From contig CAYGAW010000194.1 in assembly GCA_964347945.1 (NCBI GenBank), positions 1,303 to 65,302 on the forward strand: DNA of 64,000 nucleotides, read 5' to 3'. Source of the DNA: an uncultured Anaerolineales bacterium. Its GTDB lineage: Bacteria > Chloroflexota > Anaerolineae > UBA7937 > B3-Chlor. The notes under the pieces are model-generated. The model had not been told where the DNA came from, made no database searches, and saw only the letters and a list, made by a program, of their open reading frames with translations. Below are positions 1 to 8,560 of the stretch, one piece after another (positions within the stretch are counted from its first letter, which is position 1; every line of letters begins with the position of its first letter). A program made the position numbers and the translations under genes.

Positions 1-67
1 CGCAGGAGAAAAGCGAGAAGCAATATGGGCAGCATCAGGCGATGGTGCTCAGGCCAGGGACGAGTCT

Positions 68-1555
68 TCACCACTCGTCTTCTTCCTCTCTAACGAAGAT
101 AGCAGCTTTCTCGTCGGCATAGCGTCGTTCCCATTCGGGGCTTGCATTCAGCACCGTGCTGAGGGAACTACCTCTGTCGATAATCACCAGCTTCACGCCA
201 TACGCATCCAGGGGTTCCTCCCAGCCTTCCCGTAGCTGGTATACTTGCAGGTACTGATCTATGAGGGCCTCCCCGTAGACGTCAGCACGGCCATCGATGA
301 ATACTTTCTGGTCCGGGTATAGCCTCCAGATCAGGTATCCTCCCCAGCGGTACAGGTTGTACATGCTACTCACGATCTCTTGTTCTTCAACGAAGTCTAC
401 AGCGTCCACCGGGAAGGCTTCTTTCTGAGCCTTCTCATTAGCTCGGAGAGTCACCCCCACTTTGACGGCTCCGCCAAAGATGACCAGGGCAAGCAACAGC
501 CAATTGAGCAGCAGGTACGTTGTGCCTCTCCGTGCTGTTCCCACTGCGAATCGCCCGGACCATCTCGAGCCCTTCCATCCGTGGAGGAGTTGAGCTGCAA
601 GGATCGGAGTAGTTACTAGAGCGAAGTAGGGGATGAGTCGGGCCGAACGAAGCGCGGCATAGCCGAACCCCACCAAGAACAGGAACTCAGTAGCGCTGGG
701 AGTACGTCGTGATAGACCCAGAGCTACGACAAGGAGAAGGATGAACAGCGCAAGAGGTTGGTACTGGATCTGATGGAAGTCCGGCGAGAACCATTCCATG
801 ATATATGCCTGCATGGCAGGACTTCCCAAGGTACCGAAAGGATAGACCAAGAGCTGGATACCATTGGGGTTGACCAGGGCAGCAAGCGCCGTGACCAAGG
901 TCGCTATGACCAGACGACGTATGTCCGACCAGGCCTCCTTCTGCTCGTCGTCAGATGCGAAGAGGTTGCTGATCGTGGCCCCCACAATGTAGACGCTCGC
1001 TAGAACCAGGCCCAACAGGAAACTGCCGTGCAGATTGGCCCACAGTGCCATCAGAGGGGGCATGAGCCAGATGTACTTTCTACGTCCTGCTCTGAAGGCG
1101 TAGAGAATGTACAGGAAGACGGCGCACATAAGTAGAGAGAGCATCTGTGGGCGCACGCCCCAGGTGATCGCCGAGGTGAGGGCAGCGAGGATTACCGCGA
1201 AGGCTGCGAGGTAAGGACGGCCCGGACACTGCAGGTAGAGGAGGGCAAACGCACCGGTGATGATCGCTGCGAAGGCGAGGATCAGACCTTCTTGTCCTGA
1301 AATCGAATAGATGCCGTAGATCAGAACTTCCGTCAGCCACTCGTGAGTGATCCAGGGCTGATCGGGCAGCGTGTAGGAAAAGACATCTTGTCGAGGAATG
1401 CTTCTGGTGTCGACTATGTACTGGCCCGTACGGAGATGCCACCAGAAATCGGGATCCACGATCTCTCGGCTGGCCATGATGAAGATGCAGAAAAGGAGGA
1501 TGGCGACCATCAGCCGCCGTGTGTCCAGCGCTTGGAAGAGACTTCTTGGTTTCAT
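68..1555 (-). CDS. Polytopic integral membrane protein, putative GT-C-fold glycosyltransferase-like
   Basis: 495-aa ORF with many hydrophobic segments. It has an N-terminal loop motif DPDFWWHLRTGQ and a soluble C-terminal part, and sits next to a second large GT-C-like membrane protein. Confidence 0.5.
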   Translation of the reverse strand: MKPRSLFQALDTRRLMVAILLFCIFIMASREIVDPDFWWHLRTGQYIVDTRSIPRQDVFSYTLPDQPWITHEWLTEVLIYGIYSISGQEGLILAFAAIITGAFALLYLQCPGRPYLAAFAVILAALTSAITWGVRPQMLSLLMCAVFLYILYAFRAGRRKYIWLMPPLMALWANLHGSFLLGLVLASVYIVGATISNLFASDDEQKEAWSDIRRLVIATLVTALAALVNPNGIQLLVYPFGTLGSPAMQAYIMEWFSPDFHQIQYQPLALFILLLVVALGLSRRTPSATEFLFLVGFGYAALRSARLIPYFALVTTPILAAQLLHGWKGSRWSGRFAVGTARRGTTYLLLNWLLLALVIFGGAVKVGVTLRANEKAQKEAFPVDAVDFVEEQEIVSSMYNLYRWGGYLIWRLYPDQKVFIDGRADVYGEALIDQYLQVYQLREGWEEPLDAYGVKLVIIDRGSSLSTVLNASPEWERRYADEKAAIFVREEEDEW

Positions 1556-1640
1556 CTACGATTCACCGGCGACAGTGTCATGGGCGCAAGAACACGGCAA
1601 CTGGGCCCGAGAATGCAGCTGAATCCCCCCTCGGCGTAGG

Positions 1641-3290
1641 TCACCGGGCGCTATCGAGTTCCCCGATCTCATACACTTGCTCACCCACCTTTCTGATGGC
1701 ATACCCGTCAGCCACGATGAGTGGATCGACAACTCTTCTCCTAGGCCTGGGGTAGGTCACCACTGCGAAGGTGTGAGTGTCATTCTCTAGCAAGGTCTGC
1801 GTCAATTCCTCGTACTGGGCCTGATCCCGAACAAAGAAGAACTGCTTCTCGTAGAACAGGGGAGCCACGTACTCAGCATAGCCCCATTCGTCGCTGAGGA
1901 TGTGGATGGGATCGATCTGAGCCGTGTCGCGGATGAGCTGTTGGTCTGTGGTCTTGATGATGTGCAACGTCCGGAGCCCCGATAGCTGTACAAAGAAACT
2001 GAGAGCAACCACGGATACGAAACATGCCCCAAGTAGACCGCTTGTAGACCGTCCTCTGAGGGTCCTGAGGGCGCCGAAGTTGTTTGTCGCGAGCACGGCT
2101 AGAGGCGGCAAGACGGGCAGCAGGAAACGGGCACCCCACTGCAATCCTGGGTCCACAGGTGTCAGCAGGCTGACCAGCGCTATGTATGCTATGCTGAGGG
2201 CTAGGAGAAAAGCATTGCAGCGCCTGACGGATGAGTCTAGCAGGGTGGCAAAACCGAATACCAGGAAAGGGGCCGTGGTTATCAAGCCGCCAAGAGGCCG
2301 ACCACGGCTGGCCTCGATGAGGTTGGGGATAGTGGCCAACACCAGGGTGGCAAAGGCGATGATGATCAGTAGACGGCTGGTGCGAATTCTGGGCGCCCGG
2401 ACGAGCAGGGCTGAAGCTGCGAAAGCCATAATGTAGAGAAAGCTCATAGCCGGACTGGAGTTGCCTTCCAGCAGGGTATGATAGACAATGGCCACTCGAT
2501 CAGTGGTGGCGGGAAGCTGTTCTGACAGCCAGGAGACATGGCTGACGTGCGGGCCGATGAAGTCACCGTAGACGACGAACTGGAATAGCCAGAGAGGCAC
2601 CAGAGCGCCGAGGATTCCGAGGCAAAGCCAAACGAGACGCGTCAGGCGCCCGGTCCCGAGGAGCAGAAGCGCCAGGGGCATGGCGATGGCCATCACGTAC
2701 AGCTCTGATCGCACCCATATACCCAGGCCGATTACCACCCCTCCCAGGAGAAGGAACAGCCGCCTTGGCCGCTGGAGGCTGCTAACGACTAGCAAGAGGG
2801 CCAAGGTGGCAAGAAGCGTTCCCAACGTGTGGTCCCAGAAGACAAGGCTGTAGAAGATGAGCGGGCTGCAAAGCCCAAGGACGACAATGGATGACGGCCC
2901 GCCTCCGCCTGCAAGACGGGCGATCTGATAAGTGATTACCAGAGTTAGGAGGCCTGCGGTAAGAGGTATTACGTACAGGCCAGCATAGCCGAGGAGCCGG
3001 TAGAGCGGCGTAGCGACTAGCGGGAAGAAGACTGGGTAGACTGCATAGATTCTTCCGTCCTGTATGAGAGGAGGAGGGTTGTTTATGGGGACGTGGCGAA
3101 GATCGGGATCGAGTCCTCGACCTGGGTAGTCTAGGGTGAAGTCTCGCCACCCTTTCCTTACGAAGTTCTGGAGTTGGATGAACTTCAGGCCCTCGTCGCT
3201 GCTGAAAAAGGCATCCCTGGGAAGCACCAGAAAGGCCAAGACGACGTACGCCACGGCTACGCAAGCCAGCGCGAGTCTGGGACTCCTCAT
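1641..3290 (-). CDS. Polytopic membrane protein, PMT/ArnT-like (GT-C) glycosyltransferase candidate
   Basis: 549-aa ORF. An acidic DE motif lies in the first extracytoplasmic loop (FFSSDEGLKF) after TM1, followed by more than 10 TM segments and a soluble C-terminal domain. Confidence 0.5.
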   Translation of the reverse strand: MRSPRLALACVAVAYVVLAFLVLPRDAFFSSDEGLKFIQLQNFVRKGWRDFTLDYPGRGLDPDLRHVPINNPPPLIQDGRIYAVYPVFFPLVATPLYRLLGYAGLYVIPLTAGLLTLVITYQIARLAGGGGPSSIVVLGLCSPLIFYSLVFWDHTLGTLLATLALLLVVSSLQRPRRLFLLLGGVVIGLGIWVRSELYVMAIAMPLALLLLGTGRLTRLVWLCLGILGALVPLWLFQFVVYGDFIGPHVSHVSWLSEQLPATTDRVAIVYHTLLEGNSSPAMSFLYIMAFAASALLVRAPRIRTSRLLIIIAFATLVLATIPNLIEASRGRPLGGLITTAPFLVFGFATLLDSSVRRCNAFLLALSIAYIALVSLLTPVDPGLQWGARFLLPVLPPLAVLATNNFGALRTLRGRSTSGLLGACFVSVVALSFFVQLSGLRTLHIIKTTDQQLIRDTAQIDPIHILSDEWGYAEYVAPLFYEKQFFFVRDQAQYEELTQTLLENDTHTFAVVTYPRPRRRVVDPLIVADGYAIRKVGEQVYEIGELDSAR

Positions 3291-3392
3291 TTGGTAGCAA
3301 TTGTAGCCTTGTTCGTAAGGTGCTGCAAGGGCCTATGGGTCGCGTTAATGCCTTACGTGAAGCTCCACACAGCTGCCGGTACTGTTACAATC

Positions 3393-3421
3393 TTGTCGGA
3401 TGCCTGAGGTTGTAGTACAAT
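3393..3421 (+). promoter_or_regulatory. Candidate sigma70 promoter for the DUF164/ATPase pair (TTGTCG-N17-TACAAT)
   Basis: TTGTCG at 3393-3398, a 17-nt spacer, then TACAAT at 3416-3421. A second extended -10 (TGtTACAAT, 3383-3391) lies just upstream. The region is divergent from the GT-C gene. Confidence 0.35.
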
Positions 3422-3485
3422 TGCGGCCGAAGCCGGGGTGCCCGTGAGTTAGGCGAGAGCTCTCATGATCCAAGGGTGAGGCAGC

Positions 3486-4196
3486 ATGATGGTCGGCAGG
3501 GTTGAAGCGCTCTACAGATTGCAGGTACTTGAGACGGAGATCGATGAGACGAGAGCGGCCCTCGACACCATTCAGAGCGGATTGGAGGCGAACGAAGAAC
3601 TCGCGTCGGCCCGGCAAGTGTTGCACGAGAGAGAAGAAGCCCTGCGGGTGTCGCGAGGCAGACTGCGTGAGCTAGAGTTGGATCTGGAACAGATATTGAG
3701 CAAGATTGCCTCGACCGAGGAGATGCTGTATGGCGGGCAAGTTACCAACCCCAAGGAGTTGGCGGGCTTGAATCAGGAGTTGCATTACTTGAGGAGACGA
3801 CGGTCAGAGGTCGAAGACGAGACGTTGGTGAGCATGGACGAGGTGGAGGAAAGGGAGGCTCAGTTCGAGGGCGCGAGAAGGCAGTTCGAGGTCGCGGAGC
3901 GGCGCTGGCAGACGACACAAAGCGAGCTACGCCAGGAGGCTGAAGAGTTGCGTTCCTCCTTGACCGCCCTGGAGGCCGAGAGGAAGACTAGCCTCTCGAG
4001 CGTCTCTAAAGAGGATCTGTCCATCTACGAGAATGCTCACCGCCAGACGGCAGGACCGGCTGTGGTTCTCCTTGAGGGCGGCATTTGCCAAGGTTGTAGG
4101 GTTGCTTTGCCAACGAGCCTCATTCAGCAAGTGCGCCGTGGTCAGGATCCGGTCTCTTGCGGGAGTTGCCACCGCATCCTATACTCTCAGTCCTAG
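3486..4196 (+). CDS. Zinc-ribbon coiled-coil protein (DUF164 / COG1579 family)
   Basis: Long heptad-rich coiled coil followed by a C-terminal CxxC...CxxC ribbon (CQGCRV...CGSCHRILY). RBS GGGTGAGG lies upstream of the ATG. Confidence 0.8.
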   Translation: MMVGRVEALYRLQVLETEIDETRAALDTIQSGLEANEELASARQVLHEREEALRVSRGRLRELELDLEQILSKIASTEEMLYGGQVTNPKELAGLNQELHYLRRRRSEVEDETLVSMDEVEEREAQFEGARRQFEVAERRWQTTQSELRQEAEELRSSLTALEAERKTSLSSVSKEDLSIYENAHRQTAGPAVVLLEGGICQGCRVALPTSLIQQVRRGQDPVSCGSCHRILYSQS

Positions 4197-6404
4197 GTGC
4201 GGGTGGGTGAGACCAGGGCGTCCCTCTCAGGAGCAAATGTGGAGAACGGACGAGAATCAACCAATCCCTATGTGATAGATGCCCCCGCTGTCGATGAGGG
4301 TCGGTTCTTCGGTCGTGAGAAGGTGCTGGCATGGCTTGCGGAAACACTGGGGGCTAGGGGCACGAAACGGGTTGGCGTCCTGCGAGGCAGCTACCGGATA
4401 GGTAAGACCTCGCTCCTTCATCAACTCCAGCGGTGGCTTCCACAAACGGTCTTCCTCGTCGATCTTTCCATGGCAGAGGAGGATGACTCACTGGGCTCCC
4501 TTCTGTGGCGCGTTGCAGCCAGCATGGCGACAACCCTCACCGAGGAGATGGGGCGTTCTTTCCGCAAGCCCGAACTTAACGAATTCCTGACCGATGCAGA
4601 CTACTTCCACGCGGTATTCCTTCCCAAGGTATACAAGGCCCTAAGGCGAAGGCGATTGGTGCTGGCTTTCGACGAGGTAGAGTCACTGTGGGACGGGGAA
4701 GGCTCGTTGAGGGAGAGTTTCTACAGCTACGTGTCAGTGCTGATGAGTGGGGGCTTGAATCTCAGCCTCGTCCTGGCGTTGGAGGAGTGGCCCGAAAGGC
4801 CGCCGGCAGTCTTGGACGAGGCCTTTCGTTGGAGACTGACCTATCTGGATGACGCCGAGGCGACGGAATTGATAACCGAACCCGCCAGCGGCATCTTGGA
4901 GTATGACTATCATGCTGTGAGGCAGATTCTGGACTTGACGTCCGGACACCCTTACTTCACCCAGCTTCTCTGTTGTCTGATCTACAAACGCCGTACGGCC
5001 GACGGACGGGTATCTGCCAAGGACGTGGAGGGCGTCGTTGAAGAGGCGACGGAACTCTCTTCGCCGTACATGGAGCGACTGTGGGACAGGATTTCGTTGG
5101 AGGCGAGGTTGGTGCTAACCGCTGCCGCGCACCTGCGCGGCGCTCGTGGCATCCTGCTGGAGCAGGACTTGCGCTACGTGTTGGGCAGGAGCGGAGCAGG
5201 GCTTTCCTCCTCCGAAATTGCGAAGGGATGCCAGGAGTTGGTGGACAAGGATGTGCTGGAGGGCCTGGGCGCCACAAGCTACCGTTTTAGGGTAGAGCTT
5301 GTCAGGATGTGGCTCGCCCTGCGCCGGAAGCTAGACTCCGTTCTGGCCGTAGGGCGTACCAAGCAAGTGGCAGTCACGGCGGGTGACTGGATGGGCAGGT
5401 TCCTGTGGCCTCTGATCGGGCTGCTGATAGTGACAGCCTTCATTCTTTGGTGCCTAGCGTCGTCGCAGCCCATCAGAGACATGGGTCACGCGCGTGTGAC
5501 ACCGGTCGAAACTCAGGCTGGTTCTTCACTGTCCTATGTCATGGTAACCCCCAGTCCGGACCTGCGCTCCACGCCCGCGCCCGTTCCCACGCCGCGTCCG
5601 GCCACACTCGACATCGCGTACATGCTGTGGGACGAGGAATCTGGTAGCTGGGAGATATACGCCCGATCCCGGGACGGCTCGCTGGTGGAGCGTTTGACGG
5701 ACAACGATGTTGACGATACCTCACCTGTCTGGTCACACGATCATACCTGGCTGGTTTTTGTATCTGAGCGCGATGGCAACCAAGAGATCTACAGGATGGA
5801 CGCGGATGGTTCTGAGCCGGTCAACCTGACCGGGAACCGGGCTTCGGACTGGACGCCATCGGTCTCTCCTGATGACACCAAGGTGGTATTCTCTTCTTTG
5901 CGGGACGGCAACTGGGAACTGTACATGATGAATGCCGACGGGTCGCAGCCAGCCAGGATGACTTTCAATGAGCAACCGGACTACGGTCCGGTCTGGTCGC
6001 CTGATGGCTCGAGGATAGCCTTCGTGTCCGAGCGGGACGGCAACCTAGAGATATACGTGATGAAGGCTGACGGCACAGGGGAAACCCGACTGACCCGCAA
6101 CAGTGCCCTGGATCTGTCGCCAGCGTGGTCTCCCGACGGATCCTCAATGGCCTTTGAGTCCCGTCGCGATGGCAACATGGAGATCTATGTGATGAAGGCT
6201 GATGGGACTGACCAGAGAAATCTCACGAACTACCCGACGGCTGGCGATCACGGGCCGACGTGGACCGAGGATGGCTTTGGGATAGTGTTCTATTCGAATC
6301 GGGATGGCAACTGGGACTTGTACCTGATGAACGCACAAGGAAGCGACGTCAGGAATCTGACAAACAGCCCTTCGCTAGAGCAGGAGCCTTTCTGGAGTTC
6401 CTAG
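4197..6404 (+). CDS. P-loop ATPase - single TM - TolB-like PD40 beta-propeller fusion protein
   Basis: Walker A GSYRIGKTS and Walker B RLVLAFDEVE. A TM helix (RFLWPLIGLLIVTAFILWCLASS) is encoded around 5394-5466. About six DGNxEIYxMxADGS (PD40/TolB) repeats are encoded from about 5628 to 6401. The only available starts are non-ATG: the first in-frame GTG directly abuts the upstream TAG, so the exact start is uncertain. Confidence 0.8.
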   Translation: MRVGETRASLSGANVENGRESTNPYVIDAPAVDEGRFFGREKVLAWLAETLGARGTKRVGVLRGSYRIGKTSLLHQLQRWLPQTVFLVDLSMAEEDDSLGSLLWRVAASMATTLTEEMGRSFRKPELNEFLTDADYFHAVFLPKVYKALRRRRLVLAFDEVESLWDGEGSLRESFYSYVSVLMSGGLNLSLVLALEEWPERPPAVLDEAFRWRLTYLDDAEATELITEPASGILEYDYHAVRQILDLTSGHPYFTQLLCCLIYKRRTADGRVSAKDVEGVVEEATELSSPYMERLWDRISLEARLVLTAAAHLRGARGILLEQDLRYVLGRSGAGLSSSEIAKGCQELVDKDVLEGLGATSYRFRVELVRMWLALRRKLDSVLAVGRTKQVAVTAGDWMGRFLWPLIGLLIVTAFILWCLASSQPIRDMGHARVTPVETQAGSSLSYVMVTPSPDLRSTPAPVPTPRPATLDIAYMLWDEESGSWEIYARSRDGSLVERLTDNDVDDTSPVWSHDHTWLVFVSERDGNQEIYRMDADGSEPVNLTGNRASDWTPSVSPDDTKVVFSSLRDGNWELYMMNADGSQPARMTFNEQPDYGPVWSPDGSRIAFVSERDGNLEIYVMKADGTGETRLTRNSALDLSPAWSPDGSSMAFESRRDGNMEIYVMKADGTDQRNLTNYPTAGDHGPTWTEDGFGIVFYSNRDGNWDLYLMNAQGSDVRNLTNSPSLEQEPFWSS

Positions 6405-6428
6405 CCTCTCGAAGGCGGATCTCGCCCC

Positions 6429-6764
6429 TCATTGGTCGTGGATTCTTTGCAGTACTGCGCTCTTGCGCAGCCCCTCTACCCTCACCACCTTTCGGCGAGC
6501 TGTATGTCCGGAGAGTATCTCGACCTGATTCTTTCTGACGCCCAGCACCTTGGCCAGTAGCTTCACTAGTGCGTGGTTCGCTTCTCCCTTCTTGGGGGAA
6601 GCGGTCACCTTGACCTTCAGCATCTCCCCATCCATACCGACGATTACGTTGCTGGAAGCCCTGGGTACTACGCGAACTGTGAAGACAGCGGCGTCTTCTT
6701 CGGCGCCGCTGGGGTCTCTTTCTCTGTCATGAAAAGAGATGCTATCACCAGGCTTGGACTCCAT
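6429..6764 (-). CDS. yggU: DUF167 (YggU) family protein
   Basis: Motif VRVVPRASSN...KVKVTASPKKGEAN..L..LLAKVLGV. I chose the start at the internal ATG (MESKPG), because the longer ORF would overlap yggT. Confidence 0.8.
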   Translation of the reverse strand: MESKPGDSISFHDRERDPSGAEEDAAVFTVRVVPRASSNVIVGMDGEMLKVKVTASPKKGEANHALVKLLAKVLGVRKNQVEILSGHTARRKVVRVEGLRKSAVLQRIHDQ

Positions 6765-6765
6765 C

Positions 6766-7035
6766 TCACAGACCGCGGATGGCGTAAAACAAGAGCTGCT
6801 GGATGATCCCCAGCACGATGAGGGCAACAATGGGACTGATATCGATCATGCCTATGGGGGGGATGATGCCCCGGAAGATCCCCAGAATGGGTTCCGTCAC
6901 CCGATACAGGAAGACAGACACGGGGTGATAGGGATCGAACCTGAACCAGGACAGTATGATCCTGGCCATAATGGCCAGGTAGAGCAGGGTAAAAAGGAGA
7001 TCTATCGTCTGGATCAATACGGTCGCCATGCTCAT
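6766..7035 (-). CDS. yggT: YggT/Ycf19 family membrane protein
   Basis: 89 aa with two TM helices and the motif ILSWF..DPYHP...TEPIL, in the conserved position after yggS. Confidence 0.85.
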   Translation of the reverse strand: MSMATVLIQTIDLLFTLLYLAIMARIILSWFRFDPYHPVSVFLYRVTEPILGIFRGIIPPIGMIDISPIVALIVLGIIQQLLFYAIRGL

Positions 7036-7046
7036 CGCTTGTCCTC

Positions 7047-7772
7047 CTACCGATGTTTCCTTTCACCGAAGATGGCTCGGCCGACTCGAATCATGGTCGC
7101 ACCTTCTTCTATGGCCACCTCGAAGTCATCCGTCATGCCCATGGATAGATGACGCCATTTCAGCTCAGGGAAGTCTTCTTTCAGCTTCTCGAAGAGAGTC
7201 CTTAGGCTGCGGAAGCACGAGCGCAGCACTTCTTCGGGTGCGTCAAGGGGAGCCATGGTCATCAGGCCCTGCACGTCAAGGTGGGGCAACTCAGCCATCT
7301 GTTCTACTGCGTCAAGGAACTGGTCTTCTTGCTCGCTGTTGGCCTCCTGCACCCGAAAGCCATACTTGCTGGATTCGCCTGAGACATTGACCTCCAAGAG
7401 CATGGGCATGCTAGTCCCCTTGGCTCTGCACCGGCGGCTTATCTCACGCGCCAAGCGTACGCTGTCCACCGACTGGATGATGTCAAAGAGGCCGATGGCT
7501 TTCTTTACCTTGTTGCGCTGCAAGTGACCCACCATGTGCCAGTTCAAGTCTAGGCCTTTCTCCCGCAACAGAGTTATCTTCGGTTCGGCTTCCTGCAGTC
7601 TGTTCTCACCGAACTCCCGCAGCCCAGCATTCCAAGCTCCCTGGATGATTTCCGGCGCGAAGGTCTTCGTTACCGCAACCAGAGTGATCTCGTCAGGATC
7701 CCTTCCGACGCGAGTTGCTGCGGCTGCGATCCTGCCCTTTACGTGCGCCAGGTTCGTCTGGAGATCGATCAC
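7047..7772 (-). CDS. yggS: YggS-family pyridoxal-phosphate homeostasis protein
   Basis: VAVTKT (PLP lysine), FGENRLQE and WHMVGHLQRNK motifs; 241 aa. Confidence 0.92.
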   Translation of the reverse strand: MIDLQTNLAHVKGRIAAAATRVGRDPDEITLVAVTKTFAPEIIQGAWNAGLREFGENRLQEAEPKITLLREKGLDLNWHMVGHLQRNKVKKAIGLFDIIQSVDSVRLAREISRRCRAKGTSMPMLLEVNVSGESSKYGFRVQEANSEQEDQFLDAVEQMAELPHLDVQGLMTMAPLDAPEEVLRSCFRSLRTLFEKLKEDFPELKWRHLSMGMTDDFEVAIEEGATMIRVGRAIFGERKHR

Positions 7773-8560
7773 TCGGTGTCCCTGATTCCCATCACCGCTG
7801 CGAACCTTCCAGTAGCCCCTCTTTCCGCTCGGTGAGAGTAGAATTCATCAGTATGGCAAGCGGTGCACATGCGGCTCGCCTCTATCTGTCGGATGCCTGC
7901 CTCCCATAGCTGTTCGCGATTGGCCTCCCACAGGTCCAGGGTAGAGCGGTCATCACCCAGGGGTAGAAGCGAATCATCCCAGCGTTCAACACTGCCCTTG
8001 ACGAACTGGACGACTTCAGGGCCAACCTCGTAGCAACAAGGCCCGATGGCAGGGCCCAAACAGGCAACAGTCTCCGCCGGGTTGATCCCGAAGTATTCGA
8101 CCATAGCGGACACCATACGGCGAGCAAGTCCGCTAGCCGTTCCCCGCCAGCCAGCATGGCCCAGGCCCGTGGCCCGGCTCTCTGGATCATACAGGAGGAT
8201 GGGCAGGCAGTCTGCGAAGCGCAGCATGAGGTTTACGCCGCTATTGGAAGTGACCAGAGCATCTGTCGCGGGCAGAACCTTCCCCATGTGGCGGACATCC
8301 ACAACAGCGACTCGGCTACTGTGAACTTGTCTGGCGGTGACGAACTGTTCAGCAGAGAGTCCCAGAGTCTCGTAGATGAGCCGGTGATTCGCTTCTACAG
8401 CGTGTGGATCGTCACCCACTAGGTGCCCCACGTTTAGCTCTGCAAAAGGCGATCTGCTGAACCCACCATGTCGGGTGAACACCGCGTGCACAATCTCGCT
8501 ATGGTCCAAGAGGGCTTCAAAGGTGTAGTAGGGGATGCCGCTGGCTTCGTGGTAAATCAT
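7769..8560 (-). CDS. pgeF: Peptidoglycan editing factor PgeF / YfiH (DUF152, laccase-domain) protein
   Basis: QVHS..V, ADCLPILL and GHAGWRGT motifs. It overlaps yggS by 4 nt. Confidence 0.9.
   Translation of the reverse strand: MIYHEASGIPYYTFEALLDHSEIVHAVFTRHGGFSRSPFAELNVGHLVGDDPHAVEANHRLIYETLGLSAEQFVTARQVHSSRVAVVDVRHMGKVLPATDALVTSNSGVNLMLRFADCLPILLYDPESRATGLGHAGWRGTASGLARRMVSAMVEYFGINPAETVACLGPAIGPCCYEVGPEVVQFVKGSVERWDDSLLPLGDDRSTLDLWEANREQLWEAGIRQIEASRMCTACHTDEFYSHRAERGATGRFAAVMGIRDTE

Noticed and set aside
5628-6401. About 130-bp periodicity that could be mistaken for a DNA tandem repeat or repeat array
   Set aside because: The periodicity is at protein level (PD40 beta-propeller blades, DGNxEIY). 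The nucleotide copies are diverged and in frame within one ORF. This is not a CRISPR or satellite repeat.
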